DNA of 64,000 nucleotides from Candidatus Shapirobacteria bacterium (GTDB lineage Bacteria; Patescibacteriota; Microgenomatia; UBA12405): NCBI GenBank assembly GCA_041659325.1, contig JBAZYN010000002.1, positions 140,906 to 204,905 of the forward strand, read 5' to 3'. Shown piece by piece: positions 61,259 to 64,000 of this stretch (position 1 is its first letter; each line of letters starts with the position of its first letter). The notes under the pieces were generated by a model. It saw only the letters and a program-made list of their open reading frames with translations, ran no database searches and was not told where the DNA came from. The position numbers and the translations under genes were made by a program.

Positions 61259-63091
61259 GTGATTAAGAGGGTAATACTGTTGGCATGTTTGGTTTTTTTT
61301 GGGCTATGCCAGGGATTGGTTTTTGCTCAAGGAGCGGCCAGATATAATAACCCCGGTCAGGGGCTGTTTTTGTGCCATTATGATAAGGGGACATCGGAGT
61401 CGGTTAAAGGGACGGGGTGGATAGTGTATTGGGGGGTTTTGCAACCCAGGGACCCCAGGACTTTGGCGAATAAATCAGATAGTTGGAATCGGGAAGAGCT
61501 GGATAAGCTTATTAACAGGCTAAAATCGGGGAAAAATATGTATCTTCATATGGCCTTGTATAACGCTAATCAAAGCGAAGCGATAGTGTACCCCGCCTGG
61601 TTGAAGATTAAGAGGATTGTTTATAGCCGGGGAAATTATCCGGATATTTGGGATTCGGAGTATCGAACCAGAGTGAAAGAGTTTCTGACGCTTCTGAACA
61701 GTGAATTTGAGAAGGCGGGAGTGTTGGATAAAATTGAATATATCGAGATGGCGGTGGGAGGTAATTGGGCGGCGCCGGAGTGGTGGTTAAATGATAACGA
61801 CTTAAACGTATGGTTGGGGGCGGCAGGATGCGGAGCGGGGGATTATGGATGCTTTGGAACAAAGGTGAATGAGGCGGTAAGCGCAATGATTGATATTCAT
61901 GCCAGTTCATTTCCTAAAAGCGCCTTGATGATGATCAAGGGGTCGTGCAAATATACCGAATGTAATTATAGCCAGTATGACAGTCAGCTTGCAAAATACG
62001 GGATGAGGTTGATGATAAAAGCGGCAGGAATAGGCCACCGGACCTCGAATTGCGGGTATCATTATGAACTGGCCTCATGGTCGGGGAGCGTGACAAAAAC
62101 GGGGCAGGAGCCGTGGGGTCCAAGTGTAAATTGTAAAGGAGCAAATATGGGGTTTGATCCAAATACTGACGGGGCCTGTAAGGATAACTATGAAGTGACT
62201 TATACGAATTCATTGTGGCGGGAAAGAAATAGTTATTACTGTATCTATGGCGACGATTTGTTTTGCAGTGATGCAATGGTAAAGAGGACTAATCAATTTG
62301 TGGCGGGTCATTTGGGAGCACAAATTAGACTGGTAAGTTTTAATTTGGGAGCGGGGAGCGCCAGGGTGGGCGATAGGGTGAATTTGACAATGAAATGGGA
62401 AAACACGGGGTCGGCCCCACTGATGGCGCCTTTGAAACAGGGACAAAAGTGGGAAGCAGGGTCGTATAAATTATTTTTGGAGTATGTGAAGGCCGATGGC
62501 AGTAGTATTGAGCAGGTATTGCCAGATGATCTGGCAACTAATACATGGAAAACGACAAAACTATTTTTTGGAAAAGATGTCAGTGTAGCGGTGGAAATTC
62601 CCCTAAATTTGGGGGGGAGTAGCGATAGCTCGAGCCAGGCTTATAAAGTATATTTGGGTTTTACTGACCCCAATGGAGAAAAGAAAAGGTTTGCCTTGAT
62701 TAATACCGAGTCGGCCAATGAGTCGGCAAAGGGAAGGTATTTGATTGCAAATAGTTTTGTGGTGACAGGGAAGGGGGTGGTGGCGCCGACTTTGGTTCCG
62801 ACGGGGGTGAGAGTGACACCAACTCTGGTGCCGCCGGTTGATCCACCACCTACCAGAGCACCGACCGTCAGGCCAACGGCGACAGCGACGGCCACTGTTA
62901 CACCCGCGTGTTCCAAAAAAGGATCAGGTGATGCTAATTGCGACGGAGTAGTAAACATTTCTGACTTTGCTACCTGGAAGACGGAATTTTTAGCCGGGGG
63001 TGGTCAACAGACGGCTGATTTTAATAAGGACGGAAGAGTAACGATTGGGGACTTTGGTGCTTGGAAGGTGGGGTTTTTGGCCGGGCGATAA
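61259..63091 (+). CDS. secreted Cys-rich protein of unknown function, with Pro/Thr/Val linker and C-terminal dockerin-like double repeat
   Basis: Signal peptide MIKRVILLACLVFFGLCQGLVFA. C-terminus CSKKGSGDANCDGVVNISDFATWK...DFNKDGRVTIGDFGAWK. Confidence 0.6.
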   Translation: MIKRVILLACLVFFGLCQGLVFAQGAARYNNPGQGLFLCHYDKGTSESVKGTGWIVYWGVLQPRDPRTLANKSDSWNREELDKLINRLKSGKNMYLHMALYNANQSEAIVYPAWLKIKRIVYSRGNYPDIWDSEYRTRVKEFLTLLNSEFEKAGVLDKIEYIEMAVGGNWAAPEWWLNDNDLNVWLGAAGCGAGDYGCFGTKVNEAVSAMIDIHASSFPKSALMMIKGSCKYTECNYSQYDSQLAKYGMRLMIKAAGIGHRTSNCGYHYELASWSGSVTKTGQEPWGPSVNCKGANMGFDPNTDGACKDNYEVTYTNSLWRERNSYYCIYGDDLFCSDAMVKRTNQFVAGHLGAQIRLVSFNLGAGSARVGDRVNLTMKWENTGSAPLMAPLKQGQKWEAGSYKLFLEYVKADGSSIEQVLPDDLATNTWKTTKLFFGKDVSVAVEIPLNLGGSSDSSSQAYKVYLGFTDPNGEKKRFALINTESANESAKGRYLIANSFVVTGKGVVAPTLVPTGVRVTPTLVPPVDPPPTRAPTVRPTATATATVTPACSKKGSGDANCDGVVNISDFATWKTEFLAGGGQQTADFNKDGRVTIGDFGAWKVGFLAGR

Positions 63092-63110
63092 AAAAATGGT
63101 ATTATAATTT

Positions 63111-63767
63111 ATGGCAGTTAAAGTTAAATCTTTTTGGGTGATTTTGTTTTTGTTGGCAGTGGTGGTGGCAGGGGTGTTTTTGGCCGGAAAGAGGCAGGAG
63201 ATAAGAAAGTCAGCCTATTTTTCGGGGGTAAAGGTGACGATACAACCGGAGGTAATAAGTGCAGATATGGGGAAAGAAGTACCGGTGCAGTTGTGGCTAG
63301 AAACGGATAAGGTTAGCGGGTCTGATGACTTTGCCAAGGTCAGCTCGGCGGATATAACAATGTGCTTCGGGTCGGAGCTAGTGTTGGACGAAAAAAAACT
63401 TGAGAGTTTGATTGAATTAAATCAAGAAGCGTTTAAGACATTAGTAATGGCTTCGCTGACAAAGAAAGGGGCAAATGAGAGCTGCCTGAAGATAGTGGCT
63501 TTGAGTACGGGGATGGAAATAGACAAGTTGAAATCAGGAATTTTCAGAGTGGCAACAATCAAGTTTACCCCTGTTCGCGAGGGAACGGGAAAGATCGACG
63601 TACCACAAGAGAGGGTATTTGTGGCCGGTTATAACCCGATGCCGGGTTCGGCCGATAGCTCATTGGCAGTCGGGAGTGTGATGGGGACAAATTATGACAT
63701 TGGTGGATCACAAAAAACATCCGGAAGCTGCTTTTTCCTTTGGAGGTGGCTCGGGTGGTGCAGGTGA
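63111..63767 (+). CDS. membrane-anchored cohesin-like domain protein (paralog of the 41837 N-terminus)
   Basis: MAVKVKSFWVILFLLAVVVAGVFLAGKRQEIRKSAYFSGVKVTIQPEV...VPVQLWLETDKVSG...AKVSSADITMCFGSELVL aligns with the 41837 protein (VPVQVWVTSNQIAG...AKVSSLDATVCYGDELVL). Confidence 0.55.
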   Translation: MAVKVKSFWVILFLLAVVVAGVFLAGKRQEIRKSAYFSGVKVTIQPEVISADMGKEVPVQLWLETDKVSGSDDFAKVSSADITMCFGSELVLDEKKLESLIELNQEAFKTLVMASLTKKGANESCLKIVALSTGMEIDKLKSGIFRVATIKFTPVREGTGKIDVPQERVFVAGYNPMPGSADSSLAVGSVMGTNYDIGGSQKTSGSCFFLWRWLGWCR

Positions 63768-64000
63768 TGAGGGTGGTGATTGGCTGTTTTTTGGCGGTGT
63801 TTTTTTGGGTTTCTCCGGTCACGTGTTTGGCTGCCACTACTTATGAAATGTCGGATCCTGACAGTTGGAATCAGAGAATTGACGGGCAGGCTTGGCATGA
63901 CCATATTCCAGATAGGGTACTTAGGGTAGCTGACTTGGATGATGATGGAATAAATGATTATATTTTTGGCTCGATTGGATCGGATTATGGTGGTGGCCAT
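63766..64000 (+). CDS. secreted protein, N-terminal fragment, with FG-GAP/VCBS-like Asp-rich repeat (runs off the window end)
   Basis: TGATG stop/start overlap with the upstream gene. MRVVIGCFLAVFFWVSPVTCLAATTYEMSD... then DLDDDGINDYIFGSIGSDYGGG. The ORF is open to the window edge. Confidence 0.45.

Overview
The window is a gene-dense bacterial chromosomal segment whose gene content points to a small-genome Candidate-Phyla-Radiation/Patescibacteria-type organism. That assignment is inference from content: RNHCP and DUF4012 proteins, a 23S-5S locus with no 16S, an intron-encoded LAGLIDADG endonuclease in the 23S gene, and arrays of small two-helix pilin paralogs. The window spans the replication origin: dnaN and dnaA on the minus strand are divergent from rpmH-rnpA-yidD-yidC-jag, with DnaA-box clusters on both sides of dnaA. 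Four systems stand out. (1) A type-IV-secretion-like apparatus is split into two loci. One holds a PrgI/VirB3-like protein, a VirB4-N-domain paralog, a VirB4 ATPase and a giant M23 cell-wall hydrolase. The other holds a VirB6-like membrane protein, a large secreted protein and six tandem VirB2-like pilin paralogs. (2) Divergently adjacent to the pilin array sits a 7TM protein plus three RimK-like ATP-grasp ligases, one fused to a retropepsin-like (DTGA) protease. This is a candidate peptide-tail-ligation/pilin-maturation system. (3) A cohesin-dockerin-like surface-assembly gene set comprises four large secreted proteins, three of them ending in paired dockerin-type Ca-binding repeats behind Pro/Thr linkers, plus two cohesin-like membrane-anchored proteins. 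(4) At least three families of short dispersed repeats are present. An 8-nt-period AGTCNNAA tandem array occurs at 7 loci, in-frame inside rpsA, radA, a RimK-like gene and the DUF4012 gene, and as an inverted hairpin inside the 23S rRNA. A GC-rich palindromic ~35-55-nt element reminiscent of Rickettsia palindromic elements occurs at 8 loci, in-frame in radA (twice) and in a RimK paralog (twice), and bracketing a DUF559 endonuclease gene. A 7-nt-period GTAATNN tandem array occurs at 5 intergenic loci, including the origin. Also present are tRNA-Ile(GAT) and tRNA-Ala(TGC), then 23S rRNA (with an ~0.9-kb intron carrying a LAGLIDADG homing endonuclease and two further expansions), 5S rRNA, ftsH, an S1-domain ribosomal protein gene, a 5'-3' exonuclease gene, and envelope-polysaccharide genes (O-antigen ligase-like, flippase, GT-C glycosyltransferase).
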